A stretch of 64,000 nt of DNA from Candidatus Omnitrophota bacterium (lineage in GTDB: Bacteria; Omnitrophota; Gorgyraeia; Zapsychrales; JBAZNR01): NCBI GenBank assembly GCA_041649175.1, contig JBAZNR010000001.1, positions 588,956-652,955 on the forward strand. Reading direction: 5' to 3'. The notes beneath the pieces are model-generated. The model worked only from the letters and a program-made list of their open reading frames with translations. It was not told the origin of the DNA and made no database searches. Made by a program: the position numbers and the translations under genes. Of the stretch, positions 1 through 9,165 are shown in pieces (within the stretch, counting starts at the first letter, position 1; each line of letters starts with the position of its first letter).

Positions 1-117
1 AATGTCGACGCAATATTCTCCGCTTTCGATCATGTTGCGGATGCCGCGAATCTGCCCTTCGATCCTTTTTAGGTGAACGATCTGTTCATTGTGGCCCGGG
101 AATTTCTTTTGGATCAT
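1..117 (-). CDS. CsoR/RcnR/FrmR-family metal-sensing transcriptional repressor (3' end beyond window; 39 aa visible)
   Basis: Reverse-complement of 1-117 translates MIQKKFPGHNEQIVHLKRIEGQIRGIRNMIESGEYCVDI. This matches the conserved N-terminal helix of the CsoR/RcnR family, including the Cys of the metal site (YC.D). It is under 60 aa and so absent from the ORF track. Confidence 0.7.
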   Translation of the reverse strand, partial: MIQKKFPGHNEQIVHLKRIEGQIRGIRNMIESGEYCVDI

Positions 118-153
118 AGCAGTAACCCCTTTTTATGATTAAGCAAACTATAG

Positions 154-172
154 CATACCCCCAGGGGGTATG
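154..172. promoter_or_regulatory. 19-bp perfect palindrome CATACCCCCAGGGGGTATG, candidate CsoR-type operator upstream of the csoR-like gene
   Basis: Perfect inverted repeat with a central G/C tract, about 40 bp upstream of the - strand csoR-like start. CsoR operators are GC-tract-containing palindromes of this style. Confidence 0.5.
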
Positions 173-267
173 TCAAGGGCTTTGTAAGGCAAAATCAACG
201 AAGATATATTTGAAATTGACCAAACTTAGTGTAAAATGTGCCATAAACAATACCGAAAATATCGCCA

Positions 268-1101
268 ATGAAATTCTTTCGATCAAGATCAGGGATCATT
301 TTTACCGGCCTTTTGGCTTTTGTTTTTCTTTTTTGCTCCGATACATTCGCTGCGAAAAAAAAGTCTAAGGCCCACCGTGTTACGGCTCGTTCCGCTATCT
401 TCTCTAATAGTACCAAAGGCGTACGGCTTTACGGAAAAAATGTCGAAACCACAGTTGTTCCGGCCAGCACAACCAAGGTAATGACGGCCTTGCTTGTTTT
501 GGAGAACTTGTCTTTAGATAGCGTTGTAACTGTTTCTTCTAGAGCAACTTACGTTCAGCCAAGTAAAATATATTTAAAACCCGGAGAACGTTACAAAGTT
601 TCCGAATTGCTTTATGCCATGTTGATCAGCTCGGCTAATGATGCTAGCGTTGTTTTAGCGGAGGCGGTTTCTGGATCAGAATGGGAATTTGTCAAAAAAA
701 TGAACGCGCGGGCCAAGCAATTAGGAGCTAAGAAAACAAAATTTATGAACAGCCATGGGTTGCCCACCAAGCAATCGCAATACACGACCGCCTATGATAT
801 GTATTTGATGTTCCGCGAAGCGTTGAAATATCCTTTTTTCAAAAAGGCCCTCAGCTATAAGTACAAAACCATTGTTTCCCAAAGCGGTAAGAAGACTTAT
901 CTTAAAAACCATAATAAGCTTTTATGGAAAAGCTGGGGGCAAAATATTTACGGGAAAACAGGCTATACCAGAAAAGCACGCTCGTGCTTTGTCGGTTATT
1001 TGGATGGCAAGAAAGATACGATGATCATCGCGGTTTTCGGCTGTGATCAGCGTTGGGATGATATCAAGACAATTGTAGCCCGTTATATCCATTCGCGTTA
1101 A
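268..1101 (+). CDS. D-alanyl-D-alanine carboxypeptidase (peptidase S11, PBP5/6-like)
   Basis: Signal peptide; SxxK active-site motif ASTTK; overall S11 architecture. Confidence 0.8.
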   Translation: MKFFRSRSGIIFTGLLAFVFLFCSDTFAAKKKSKAHRVTARSAIFSNSTKGVRLYGKNVETTVVPASTTKVMTALLVLENLSLDSVVTVSSRATYVQPSKIYLKPGERYKVSELLYAMLISSANDASVVLAEAVSGSEWEFVKKMNARAKQLGAKKTKFMNSHGLPTKQSQYTTAYDMYLMFREALKYPFFKKALSYKYKTIVSQSGKKTYLKNHNKLLWKSWGQNIYGKTGYTRKARSCFVGYLDGKKDTMIIAVFGCDQRWDDIKTIVARYIHSR

Positions 1102-1163
1102 AGACACTAGAGGCCCTTTCGCTGCTTAAATAAATTTGAAAAACACCCGACTTTACGCTACAA

Positions 1164-1403
1164 TTGCAGAACAAGCGTGTCCCTTTTATGGATAATATTA
1201 AGAAAGCCTTAACCTTTTTGTTCGCGATCATCGGTCTTTTGATCTTCTATACGGTGATGATGGTTAAGCTTGAGGTAGCCGCCCAGCAAACACAGGCGCA
1301 TATCCAACAATTATCCGCTGACTTGAACTGGGAAGATTTCTTATATCAAAACGCTGTTTATACCGTGGCTGAAGAAAGAACAAGATCAAAGGTAAATCCG
1401 TAA
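1164..1403 (+). CDS. small membrane-anchored hypothetical protein
   Basis: ORF with a single N-terminal TM helix; no recognisable domain. Confidence 0.3.
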   Translation: MQNKRVPFMDNIKKALTFLFAIIGLLIFYTVMMVKLEVAAQQTQAHIQQLSADLNWEDFLYQNAVYTVAEERTRSKVNP

Positions 1404-1421
1404 GTATAAGGACGATGGATC

Positions 1422-1784
1422 ATGTACGACCGACGAAGAAATCCTCGCTTTGAATGTCCGCCGCAGCACGAATATGTTGTCGAGCTCGCGGATCACAGCG
1501 CTGTCGCGCAGTTATCCAATTTGAGCCGCGACGGAATAGCGTTTGTTTCCTCCAAGGATTTTCACCCCGAAGAGATCTATCAATTTTTGCTAAAAGGGCC
1601 GCACGTTCATTCGGCCGTTGCCTGTGAAGCTCGCATTTCCTGGACGAAGGCTTTGCATCCGTCCCGTTTTTCTTATGGGGCCAAGATCACCAAAATAGAC
1701 CCTCAGGCTAAAACAGATATTTTGGATTTTTTGTATCAGGACTGGAAAGAAAAGATCACCGCGAGTTTTAAACCGTCGCTTTAA
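1422..1784 (+). CDS. PilZ domain protein (putative c-di-GMP receptor)
   Basis: N-terminal RRRNPRF (RxxxR) followed by a DGIAFVS (D.S..G-like) motif. Confidence 0.55.
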   Translation: MYDRRRNPRFECPPQHEYVVELADHSAVAQLSNLSRDGIAFVSSKDFHPEEIYQFLLKGPHVHSAVACEARISWTKALHPSRFSYGAKITKIDPQAKTDILDFLYQDWKEKITASFKPSL

Positions 1785-1802
1785 AAACAGAAGGAGCCTT
1801 GT

Positions 1803-2591
1803 ATGCCAAGATGGGTTTATACGTTAAGCATTTCGTTTTCGATCATTCTTCTGATGTTCGCCGCGTCCGAAACTTTAAGAAGGCAGGATACTTTAGAAAA
1901 AAAGATCGCGGGACTAGAATTAAAGCTGGAATCGCATGAGTCGAAAATAACAAGCGATTTGACTGCTGTCCAGATGGCCCTACGCAGTCTGCCGTCGGCT
2001 TTGGGCCGTATGGCCGGCAACAATCCTCCTGCGCCTCAAGCTCCCAACCCGGAAGACGTTAATAAAGTCTACAAAATTGATGTTGGAAGCTCTCCGGTCT
2101 TGGGAAATAAGAATGCTAAAGTCACCATTGTCGAGTTTTCGGATTTTCAATGCCCATATTCACAGAGATTTCATCCCGTTGTTGCGGAAGTCTTGAAGGC
2201 TTATCCGAACGACGTGAATTATATATTGAAGAATTATCCTCTAGGATTTCATCCCAATGCCAAACCGGCGGCTAAGGCGTCACTTGCGGCCGGGGAACAA
2301 GGAAAATATTGGGAAATGGTCGAAGCCTTGTTTGCCAACGGCAAAGAATTGAGTGAAGAGAAATATAAAGAATTAGCCAAGCAAATTGGGATCAATGTTG
2401 ATCAATTTTCCAAGGATCTCAAAGAAAAAGATGCTCAATGGGAAAAAATGATCGCCGCGGATTTAAAAACTGTGGAAGAAGTTGACGCCCGCGGAACGCC
2501 GACATTTTATTTGAACGGCAAAAAAACCCGCGCGCGTGATCTAGCGGGATGGAAAGCGGAAATAGATGCGGTTTTAAAGGAAAAGAAGTAA
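1803..2591 (+). CDS. DsbA-like thioredoxin-fold protein, membrane anchored (CxxS variant active site)
   Basis: N-terminal TM segment. The DsbA-family region shows FSDFQCPYSQRF where the canonical CPxC reads CPYS. Confidence 0.55.
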   Translation: MPRWVYTLSISFSIILLMFAASETLRRQDTLEKKIAGLELKLESHESKITSDLTAVQMALRSLPSALGRMAGNNPPAPQAPNPEDVNKVYKIDVGSSPVLGNKNAKVTIVEFSDFQCPYSQRFHPVVAEVLKAYPNDVNYILKNYPLGFHPNAKPAAKASLAAGEQGKYWEMVEALFANGKELSEEKYKELAKQIGINVDQFSKDLKEKDAQWEKMIAADLKTVEEVDARGTPTFYLNGKKTRARDLAGWKAEIDAVLKEKK

Positions 2592-2595
2592 ATTA

Positions 2596-2715
2596 ATGAT
2601 CAATGTCAAATTCCAAATGACAAATAAATTCCCAATTTCAAATGTTTAATGACGGATTGGGAATTAGCCATTTGATATTTATTTGACATTTGTCATTAGG
2701 AATTTGTTATTTAAC
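2596..2715. repeat. palindromic intergenic repeat element, copy A
   Basis: aatgatcaa...caaattccaaatgacaaataaat...atttatttgacatttgtcatt...ggaattt internal inverted repeats. It is related to the element at 4845-4975. Confidence 0.45.
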
Positions 2716-2739
2716 GCACAATTCATAAGGAGATACACA

Positions 2740-3003
2740 ATGACACGTCTAGGCGGTTTATCGACAATCAATTACAAAGAAACCAAGGGAATGAAGGTTT
2801 CCGGCGGGCAAGTGGTTAAAGCCGGAACAATTCTTACCCGTGAAGGCCATCGTTGGCAGCCCGGCATCAATGTGGATGGGCGCACCAGTTTAACGGCTAG
2901 CTGCGACGGAGAAGTTTATTTTACCCGTAAACGCGGCAGTTATCGAAGAGCTGTAACATTGATCAATATCAAACCCAAAGCACTTAAAGAAGCCAAGAAA
3001 TAA
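2740..3003 (+). CDS. rpmA: ribosomal protein L27-like (divergent N-terminus)
   Basis: The core GGQVVKAGTILTREGHRWQPGINVDGRTSLTASCDGEVYF aligns to the L27 core. AGGAG RBS before the ATG at 2740. The conserved AHKK...NGRDS N-terminus is not conserved and no rplU is adjacent. Confidence 0.5.
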   Translation: MTRLGGLSTINYKETKGMKVSGGQVVKAGTILTREGHRWQPGINVDGRTSLTASCDGEVYFTRKRGSYRRAVTLINIKPKALKEAKK

Positions 3004-3005
3004 TT

Positions 3006-4844
3006 ATGTGCGGTATCGTCGGCTATGTCGGCCACAAAAATGCCGCCCCTATTCTTTTAGACGGCCTTAAAAAGTTAGAATACCGCGGCTATGACTCCAG
3101 CGGTATCGCGGTCATCGCGCGCGATAAAAGTAAGATCGCTGTGCGAAAAAATCAGGGCAAGATCAAAGCCTTAGAAGAGCTTATTCAAAGCAAGCATCTG
3201 CCCGAAAGCTTTTTAGGAATCTGCCACACCCGTTGGGCCACTCACGGAAAACCTAACCGCACAAACGCTCACCCTCACTGTGATTGTTCCGGAAAAATCG
3301 TTGTCGTTCATAACGGTATTATCGAAAATTATCAGGAATTAAAGAAATTCCTTCAGGAAAAAAACCATACCTTTTCCTCCGAAACCGACACGGAAGTCAT
3401 TGCCCACCTCATTGAACATTATTACAAACAGAAAAAAGATTTTCTATCGGCGGTACGCCGGGCGATCGTCCAACTTAAAGGGTCTTTTGCCTTAGGGATC
3501 CTTTGTTCGGATGATCCCGATCGCTTGATCGCGGCGCGGGTGGGTTCTCCTTTGATCGTTGGCATCGGCAAGGGTGAGAATTTTATCGCATCGGATGTTC
3601 CGGCCATTTTGGATAAAACTAAAAAAGTTATCTATTTATCCGACGGGCATATGGCGGTTTTAACCAAAGGTAAAGTGGAAGTATCGACCTTTTCCGGGAA
3701 AAAAGTTCCAACCAAGATCCACACCGTGGCGTTTAAAGTGGGCGCGGCGCAAAGAGAAGGTTTTGCCCATTTTATGCTCAAAGAGATCCACGAGCAACCG
3801 GCTGTTTTGTCACAAATTTTATCTTCAAGGCTAAAGGGAAACCGCGTTTACCTTGACGGGATTTCATTAAACGATCGTCAGTTACGCGAATTTCAAAATG
3901 TGGTGGTGGTGGCCTGCGGAACGGCGTATCACGCCGGAATGGTCGGAAAATATTTGATCGAACAATTTGCCCAAATTCCTGTTTGGACCGATCTTTCCAG
4001 CGAATTTCGTTACCGATTTCCTTTGGTCAGCAAGAAAACTTTAGTTGTGGCGATCAGCCAATCCGGAGAAACAGCCGATACGCTGGCGGCGGTCAAGGAA
4101 GCGAAGCTAAAGGGAGCAAAAGTTATTTCTATTTGTAACGCGGTTGGTTCGTCTTTAGCGCGCGAATCCGACGGAATTTTGTATACGCATGCCGGCCCGG
4201 AAATCGGCGTTGCCTCCACGAAAGCTTATACGGCGCAATTGATGATGTTGTATTTATTAGCGCTCAAACTTGCCACAGCACGCGGGAAAATAAGATCGAA
4301 AGAATTAAATGAGATCGTCAAAGAATTAAAACATATTCCGGCGCTTTTGAAAGATATTTTAAATAATAAAGACAAGATAGCCCAGGTTGCCCGCGCCAAT
4401 TCGCACTTTGGATGTTTTTTATTCTTAGGGCGCAACATCAATTTCCCGACGGCGCTGGAAGGCGCTTTAAAATTAAAAGAGATCTCTTATATTCCGGCGG
4501 AAGGTTACGCGGCCGGAGAAATGAAGCACGGGCCCATCGCTTTAATTGATGAATACCGCGCGGTTGTCTGTATCGCGCCGCAGTCGGATATTTACGATAA
4601 GATGATCTCCAATATGCAGGAAATTAAAGCGCGCCGAGGAAAAATTATCGCCATTGCCACATCCGGCGATGAAACGATCAAGCATCACGCCAGCCACGTT
4701 GTCTATATTCCTAAAACACACAAGATCTTAACGCCGCTTTTGGCGGTCGTACCTTTACAGCTTATTGCGTATTATATCGCCGTTAAACGCGGGTGCGATG
4801 TAGACCAGCCGCGGAATTTAGCGAAATCTGTAACGGTTGAATAA
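3006..4844 (+). CDS. glmS: glutamine--fructose-6-phosphate aminotransferase (isomerising)
   Basis: MCGIVGY N-terminal nucleophile, two SIS domains, C-terminal ...SVTVE. Confidence 0.95.
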   Translation: MCGIVGYVGHKNAAPILLDGLKKLEYRGYDSSGIAVIARDKSKIAVRKNQGKIKALEELIQSKHLPESFLGICHTRWATHGKPNRTNAHPHCDCSGKIVVVHNGIIENYQELKKFLQEKNHTFSSETDTEVIAHLIEHYYKQKKDFLSAVRRAIVQLKGSFALGILCSDDPDRLIAARVGSPLIVGIGKGENFIASDVPAILDKTKKVIYLSDGHMAVLTKGKVEVSTFSGKKVPTKIHTVAFKVGAAQREGFAHFMLKEIHEQPAVLSQILSSRLKGNRVYLDGISLNDRQLREFQNVVVVACGTAYHAGMVGKYLIEQFAQIPVWTDLSSEFRYRFPLVSKKTLVVAISQSGETADTLAAVKEAKLKGAKVISICNAVGSSLARESDGILYTHAGPEIGVASTKAYTAQLMMLYLLALKLATARGKIRSKELNEIVKELKHIPALLKDILNNKDKIAQVARANSHFGCFLFLGRNINFPTALEGALKLKEISYIPAEGYAAGEMKHGPIALIDEYRAVVCIAPQSDIYDKMISNMQEIKARRGKIIAIATSGDETIKHHASHVVYIPKTHKILTPLLAVVPLQLIAYYIAVKRGCDVDQPRNLAKSVTVE

Positions 4845-4975
4845 ATGATCAAAAACCAAATTCCAATAACCAAATAATTTACAATATTCAATAATCGAAT
4901 TCCAAACGGTTTGGCTATTGAGAATTGGTTATTGTGATTTATTTGGTTATTGTTGCTTGGTGATTGGAATTTAAA
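4845..4975. repeat. palindromic intergenic repeat element, copy B
   Basis: aatgatcaa...caaattccaataaccaaataat...ttatttggttattg...ttggaattt. Same family and symmetry as 2596-2715. Confidence 0.45.
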
Positions 4976-5647
4976 ATGCTATATATTGTTTCTACACCTA
5001 TCGGTAATTTAAAAGACATCACCTTTCGCGCTGTTGAAACGCTTCAACAAGTTGATATTATCGCCGCTGAAGATACCCGCCATAGCAAAATCCTTTTAGA
5101 TCATTACAATATTCAAAAACCTCTTTTAAGCTACTTTGAACATAATCAAGTCAAACGTGGGGAAGAGATCATTAAGCTCTTGAAAGACGGGAAAAATGTG
5201 GCTTTGGTAACGGACGCCGGGACGCCAGGAATAAGTGATCCGGGTTTTCATCTGATTCGCTTGGCGCAGGAAAACGAAATTCCTATTTATGTGATTCCCG
5301 GTGCGACGGCTTTAATCACCGCGCTTTCCGCGTCAGGTTTGCCAGCGCATGCCTTTATTTTTGAAGGATTTTTGCCGGTTAAATCTGCCGCCCGGCGTAA
5401 AAAGTTGGGAGGCTTTAAAGACGAGCGGCGGACCGTTATCTTTTACGAATCTCCTCATCGCATTGTTTCGGCTTTGGAAGACATCAAAGACGTTTTAAGT
5501 GACCCGGTTGTTGTTGTGGCGCGCGAGTTAACCAAGAAGTTTGAAGAGATCAAAAAAGGAAAGGCAAGCGTGCTTTTGGCGCATTTTGAGAAGTCAAAGC
5601 CTAAGGGCGAGATAGTGTTATTGTTCAATTTGACCGTAGAAAAGTAA
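4976..5647 (+). CDS. rsmI: 16S rRNA (cytidine1402-2'-O)-methyltransferase
   Basis: LYIVSTPIGNLKDIT tetrapyrrole-methylase N-terminus typical of RsmI. Start could be 4964. Confidence 0.85.
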   Translation: MLYIVSTPIGNLKDITFRAVETLQQVDIIAAEDTRHSKILLDHYNIQKPLLSYFEHNQVKRGEEIIKLLKDGKNVALVTDAGTPGISDPGFHLIRLAQENEIPIYVIPGATALITALSASGLPAHAFIFEGFLPVKSAARRKKLGGFKDERRTVIFYESPHRIVSALEDIKDVLSDPVVVVARELTKKFEEIKKGKASVLLAHFEKSKPKGEIVLLFNLTVEK

Positions 5648-5723
5648 GATAATATCCGATAGCGCCTATGTTGACAACCGGTCTTTTTATGATATAAATG
5701 ATGGAAGTGTTTGCTGAATTCTT

Positions 5724-5761
5724 AGGGCTCTTTCTCCGCCTTTTGGCAGAGAAAGAGCCCT
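5724..5761. promoter_or_regulatory. perfect 13-bp-stem hairpin AGGGCTCTTTCTC...GAGAAAGAGCCCT between rsmI and the permease gene
   Basis: Inverted repeat seen directly. No downstream T-run, so it is not a canonical terminator. Confidence 0.3.
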
Positions 5762-5766
5762 AGAGC

Positions 5767-7788
5767 TTGGCGGAGAAATTCCCGCCAACGAAGAAAGGCT
5801 GTCCAATGGCTGCAAAAATACCACTCATGAAACGGGTTAAACACCTGGTCATCGGCCAGGCGAGAAATCCAACCGACCGCGGGATCTTCCATAATATAAC
5901 GCTCATTGCCTTATTTGCCTGGGTTGGTTTGGGCGCTGACGGGCTATCGTCTTCTTGTTACGGCCCGGAACAAACCTTTTTAGCCTTAGGCAAATACCCG
6001 TCTTTAAGCCTTTTTGTGGCCTTGGCCATGGCCGCCACGATTTTCGTGATCAGTGAAAGCTATTCGCAAATTATTGAGCTATTTCCCAGCGGCGGCGGAG
6101 GTTATTTGGTCGCCAGCAAACTTCTTTCGCCCACCACCGGTATGATCTCAGGATGCGCTCTTTTGATCGATTATGTTTTAACCATCGCCATTTCCATCGC
6201 CAGCAGTGCCGATGCCTTATTCAGCTTTTTTCCCGTCGCTTATCAACCGCTTAAGATCTATTTCGCCATCGGTGGTGTTTTACTTCTTATGATCATGAAT
6301 ATGCGCGGCGTTAAAGAGTCTGTCATCTCTTTGGTCCCGGTTTTTATGATCTTCATTGTGACCCATTTTATCGCCATCGTTTACGCCCTCGTTGTCCATC
6401 TGGCCGGTTTCACTCAAGTTTTTCATTCCGTCAGTACCGATATGTCAACGGCGCATAGCGAAATGGGCTTATGGGGAATTATCTTTCTTATCTTACGTTC
6501 TTACGGGATGGGCGCCGGAACTTATACCGGGATCGAGGCTGTCAGTAACGGTCTTCCTATTTTAAGAGAACCCAGAGTGCAAACAGCCAAAAAAACCATG
6601 CGTTATATGGCTCTTTCTTTGGCGTTTACCGCCACGGGGCTTATGATCGCGTATTTATTATTTAATGTGTCCGCTCAGCCCGGCAAAACGCTTAACGCGG
6701 TTTTATTTGAATCGATCGTCCGCGAATGGCCCGGCGGCGGTTATGGATTTGTCCTCACTGCTTTGTTTTCGGAAGCCGCTTTGCTTTTTGTGGCGGCGCA
6801 AGCCGGTTTTGTGGACGGGCCTCGGGTTTTGGCCAACATGGCCGTTGACCGATGGTTTCCTAATCGTTTTGCCAGTTTAAGTGACCGTTTGGTCACCCAA
6901 AACGGCGTTATGTTGATGGGTGTTGCGGCGGCGGCCACCATCATATTTACCCAGGGCTTGGTCCAGATGTTGGTCGTTTTATACAGCATCAATGTATTTA
7001 TCACATTTTGTTTATCACAATTAGGGATGGTGCGTCATTGGTGGCAGGTTCGCCGGGAAGAGCGAAAATGGAAAAAAAGAATCACCATCAACGGCGCGGG
7101 GCTTGTTTTAACGTCATTCATCCTTTTATCTATGGTCATTTTAAAATTCCATGAAGGCGGATGGATCACTTTGGTTTTAACCGGAACTATTGTTTTACTG
7201 GCAATCTTTATCAAACGCCATTATTATCTGACCGGAAAATTGTTACGACGCTTAAACGATCTGGTCCAGACGGTTTCCGCCGAGCTTAAAGATGACGCTA
7301 AGGTGCCGAAAGTCCATCAAGAGCCAGACCATCAAGCGAAAACGGCTGTTTTATTGGTGAACGGTTTTAACGGGCTTGGCTTGCATACGCTATTTGGCGT
7401 TATGCGCCTTTTCGGAAGTTCTTTTAAGAATTTTGTTTTCGTGGAAGTCGGCGTTATTGATGCCGGAAATTTTAAAGGGGCCCAGGAAGTGGACCGCTTA
7501 AAAGAGCACGCGCAAAGTGATATCAAGCGTTACATCACCTTTATGCGCCAAAACGGTTTTTACGCCGAAGGGATTTCGCGCGTCGGCATTGATGTCATTG
7601 ACGAAGTAGAAAAGGCCTCTCAGGATATTATCACGCGTTTTCCTAACGTGGTTTTCTTCGGCGGGCAATTGGTTTTCCCGGAAGAAACATTCTTCACCCG
7701 TGTTTTGCATAACCACACGGTCTTTGCTCTTCAAAGAAAGTTTTATTATACCGGAACACCGTTTGTGCTTTTGCCCATTCGTGTTTGA
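5767..7788 (+). CDS. APC-superfamily amino acid/polyamine permease with about 200 aa cytoplasmic C-terminal extension
   Basis: 12-TM core with APC signature region around GLGADGLSSSCYGPE. Start codon uncertain (5767 or 5806). Confidence 0.7.
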   Translation: MAEKFPPTKKGCPMAAKIPLMKRVKHLVIGQARNPTDRGIFHNITLIALFAWVGLGADGLSSSCYGPEQTFLALGKYPSLSLFVALAMAATIFVISESYSQIIELFPSGGGGYLVASKLLSPTTGMISGCALLIDYVLTIAISIASSADALFSFFPVAYQPLKIYFAIGGVLLLMIMNMRGVKESVISLVPVFMIFIVTHFIAIVYALVVHLAGFTQVFHSVSTDMSTAHSEMGLWGIIFLILRSYGMGAGTYTGIEAVSNGLPILREPRVQTAKKTMRYMALSLAFTATGLMIAYLLFNVSAQPGKTLNAVLFESIVREWPGGGYGFVLTALFSEAALLFVAAQAGFVDGPRVLANMAVDRWFPNRFASLSDRLVTQNGVMLMGVAAAATIIFTQGLVQMLVVLYSINVFITFCLSQLGMVRHWWQVRREERKWKKRITINGAGLVLTSFILLSMVILKFHEGGWITLVLTGTIVLLAIFIKRHYYLTGKLLRRLNDLVQTVSAELKDDAKVPKVHQEPDHQAKTAVLLVNGFNGLGLHTLFGVMRLFGSSFKNFVFVEVGVIDAGNFKGAQEVDRLKEHAQSDIKRYITFMRQNGFYAEGISRVGIDVIDEVEKASQDIITRFPNVVFFGGQLVFPEETFFTRVLHNHTVFALQRKFYYTGTPFVLLPIRV

Positions 7789-7825
7789 TAAAAAGATTTT
7801 TCAGATTTTTTAGAAAGGATCAGTT

Positions 7826-8482
7826 ATGTTCAAGAATTTTTCCATATGGGACGCTTTAAGAGTCGGCGGCCCGGTCATGTATTTTTTGATCTGTTGTTCC
7901 GTCGTGTCAATTGCCATCATCGCCGAAAGAATTCTTTTTTATTCTCTGCGCTCCAAAACCTCCAGGGTCAATTTTATGCGTCTTATTCGAAAAGAGCTGG
8001 AAGAAAATGATATCAAAAAAGCGCAAACCACCTGTCATAAAACCTTAACGCCTTTTTCCGAAGTGGTGGCGGCCGGATTAAACGCTTCGCACGGCGACGA
8101 GAAGGAAATAGCCGATGCCATGGAGCGTCAGATCATTATCGAAGTTAATATTTTAGAGCGGCGCACCGCTATTGTCGGCACCATCGGAAGCACGGCGGTT
8201 TATATCGGGCTTTTAGGTACTGTTTGGGGCATTATTGAAGCCTTTCGCGATATCGCTCAAATGGGCTCCGGTGGGATTAATGTGGTCATTCACGGCATTG
8301 CCGCGGCTTTGGTGTGCACCGCGGCCGGGCTTTTTGTGGCCATTCCGGCGGTGGCGGCTTACAATTATTTTGTCAAAAGAGTCAACGGTTTTGTGATGGA
8401 TATGGAGCTATGCGCTTCGGAAGTTGCCGGGCTTCTTAAAGGACATAAAAAAACCAGAGTCAAAAATGAGAAGACCGCATAA
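7826..8482 (+). CDS. MotA/TolQ/ExbB proton-channel family protein
   Basis: 3-TM topology; conserved LGTVWGIIEAF and AALVCTAAGL segments. Confidence 0.8.
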   Translation: MFKNFSIWDALRVGGPVMYFLICCSVVSIAIIAERILFYSLRSKTSRVNFMRLIRKELEENDIKKAQTTCHKTLTPFSEVVAAGLNASHGDEKEIADAMERQIIIEVNILERRTAIVGTIGSTAVYIGLLGTVWGIIEAFRDIAQMGSGGINVVIHGIAAALVCTAAGLFVAIPAVAAYNYFVKRVNGFVMDMELCASEVAGLLKGHKKTRVKNEKTA

Positions 8483-8891
8483 AACCCAAAGCTTGATGGC
8501 GGAAATTAACATCACGCCGTTTACGGATGTTATCTTGGTTTTGCTGATCATCTTTATGATCACCACTCCCTTAATTGCCCAGCGCGGCATTGAAGTTAAA
8601 CTCCCCGAAGCCTCTTCCAAAAGTACCTTAGAAGATCCCAAACAAGCGTATATCACCATTACCGCCGAGGGCGTTGTTTATTTAGAAGAAAAAACGCTTA
8701 ACACCAAAGAATTAAAACAAAAGATCGATGAACTTTTGCGTCGTGACCGCAATTTAAAAGTGGTGGTGGCGGCGGATCAGTCTTGCCGGTTCCGGGATGT
8801 GGTCAGGGTCATTGATATCGTCAAAGAATCCGGTGTAAAAAGCCTCAATATCGCTACCAGAACCAACGAACGCGTTTCACCCGTAAAGTAA
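8466..8891 (+). CDS. ExbD/TolR biopolymer transport protein
   Basis: MAEINITPFTDVILVLLIIFMITTPL N-terminal TM typical of ExbD/TolR. Overlaps the upstream gene (operon). Start chosen at the internal Met. Confidence 0.8.
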   Translation: MRRPHKTQSLMAEINITPFTDVILVLLIIFMITTPLIAQRGIEVKLPEASSKSTLEDPKQAYITITAEGVVYLEEKTLNTKELKQKIDELLRRDRNLKVVVAADQSCRFRDVVRVIDIVKESGVKSLNIATRTNERVSPVK

Positions 8892-8910
8892 GCAAAATAA
8901 CTTTCCTTTC

Positions 8911-9165
8911 ATGGCTAAAATAAAATTAGATTTACACGATATTTTTAACCGCGGCCGATCCATTGACGAGGAGCTAAACCGTGTTATTCGTGAAGCGATA
9001 GATAAGAAAATCGCTTTGGTAGAGATTATTCCGGGCAAGGGAAGCGGGCAATTAAAAAAACACGTGCTAAAGTTTTTAGACCAATCGTCCATCAAACAGC
9101 TCTATCACCGAGTGGAGAAAGACGATAAAAACTTCGGGAGAATATTTGTTCACTTTAGATTTTAA
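8911..9165 (+). CDS. Smr domain protein (small MutS-related)
   Basis: LDLHD...IIPGKGSG matches the Smr LDLHG / HGKG pattern. Confidence 0.55.
   Translation: MAKIKLDLHDIFNRGRSIDEELNRVIREAIDKKIALVEIIPGKGSGQLKKHVLKFLDQSSIKQLYHRVEKDDKNFGRIFVHFRF

Noticed and set aside
2596-3005. A glmS ribozyme/riboswitch upstream of glmS.
   Set aside because: glmS starts 3 bp after the L27-like ORF, so there is no leader. The upstream structured region is a palindromic repeat shared with the glmS downstream region, not the conserved glmS ribozyme core.
6665-7004. ORFs 6665-6880(+) and 6741-7004(-) inside the permease gene.
   Set aside because: They are contained within the 12-TM APC permease ORF. Their translations are unremarkable with no start-site support.
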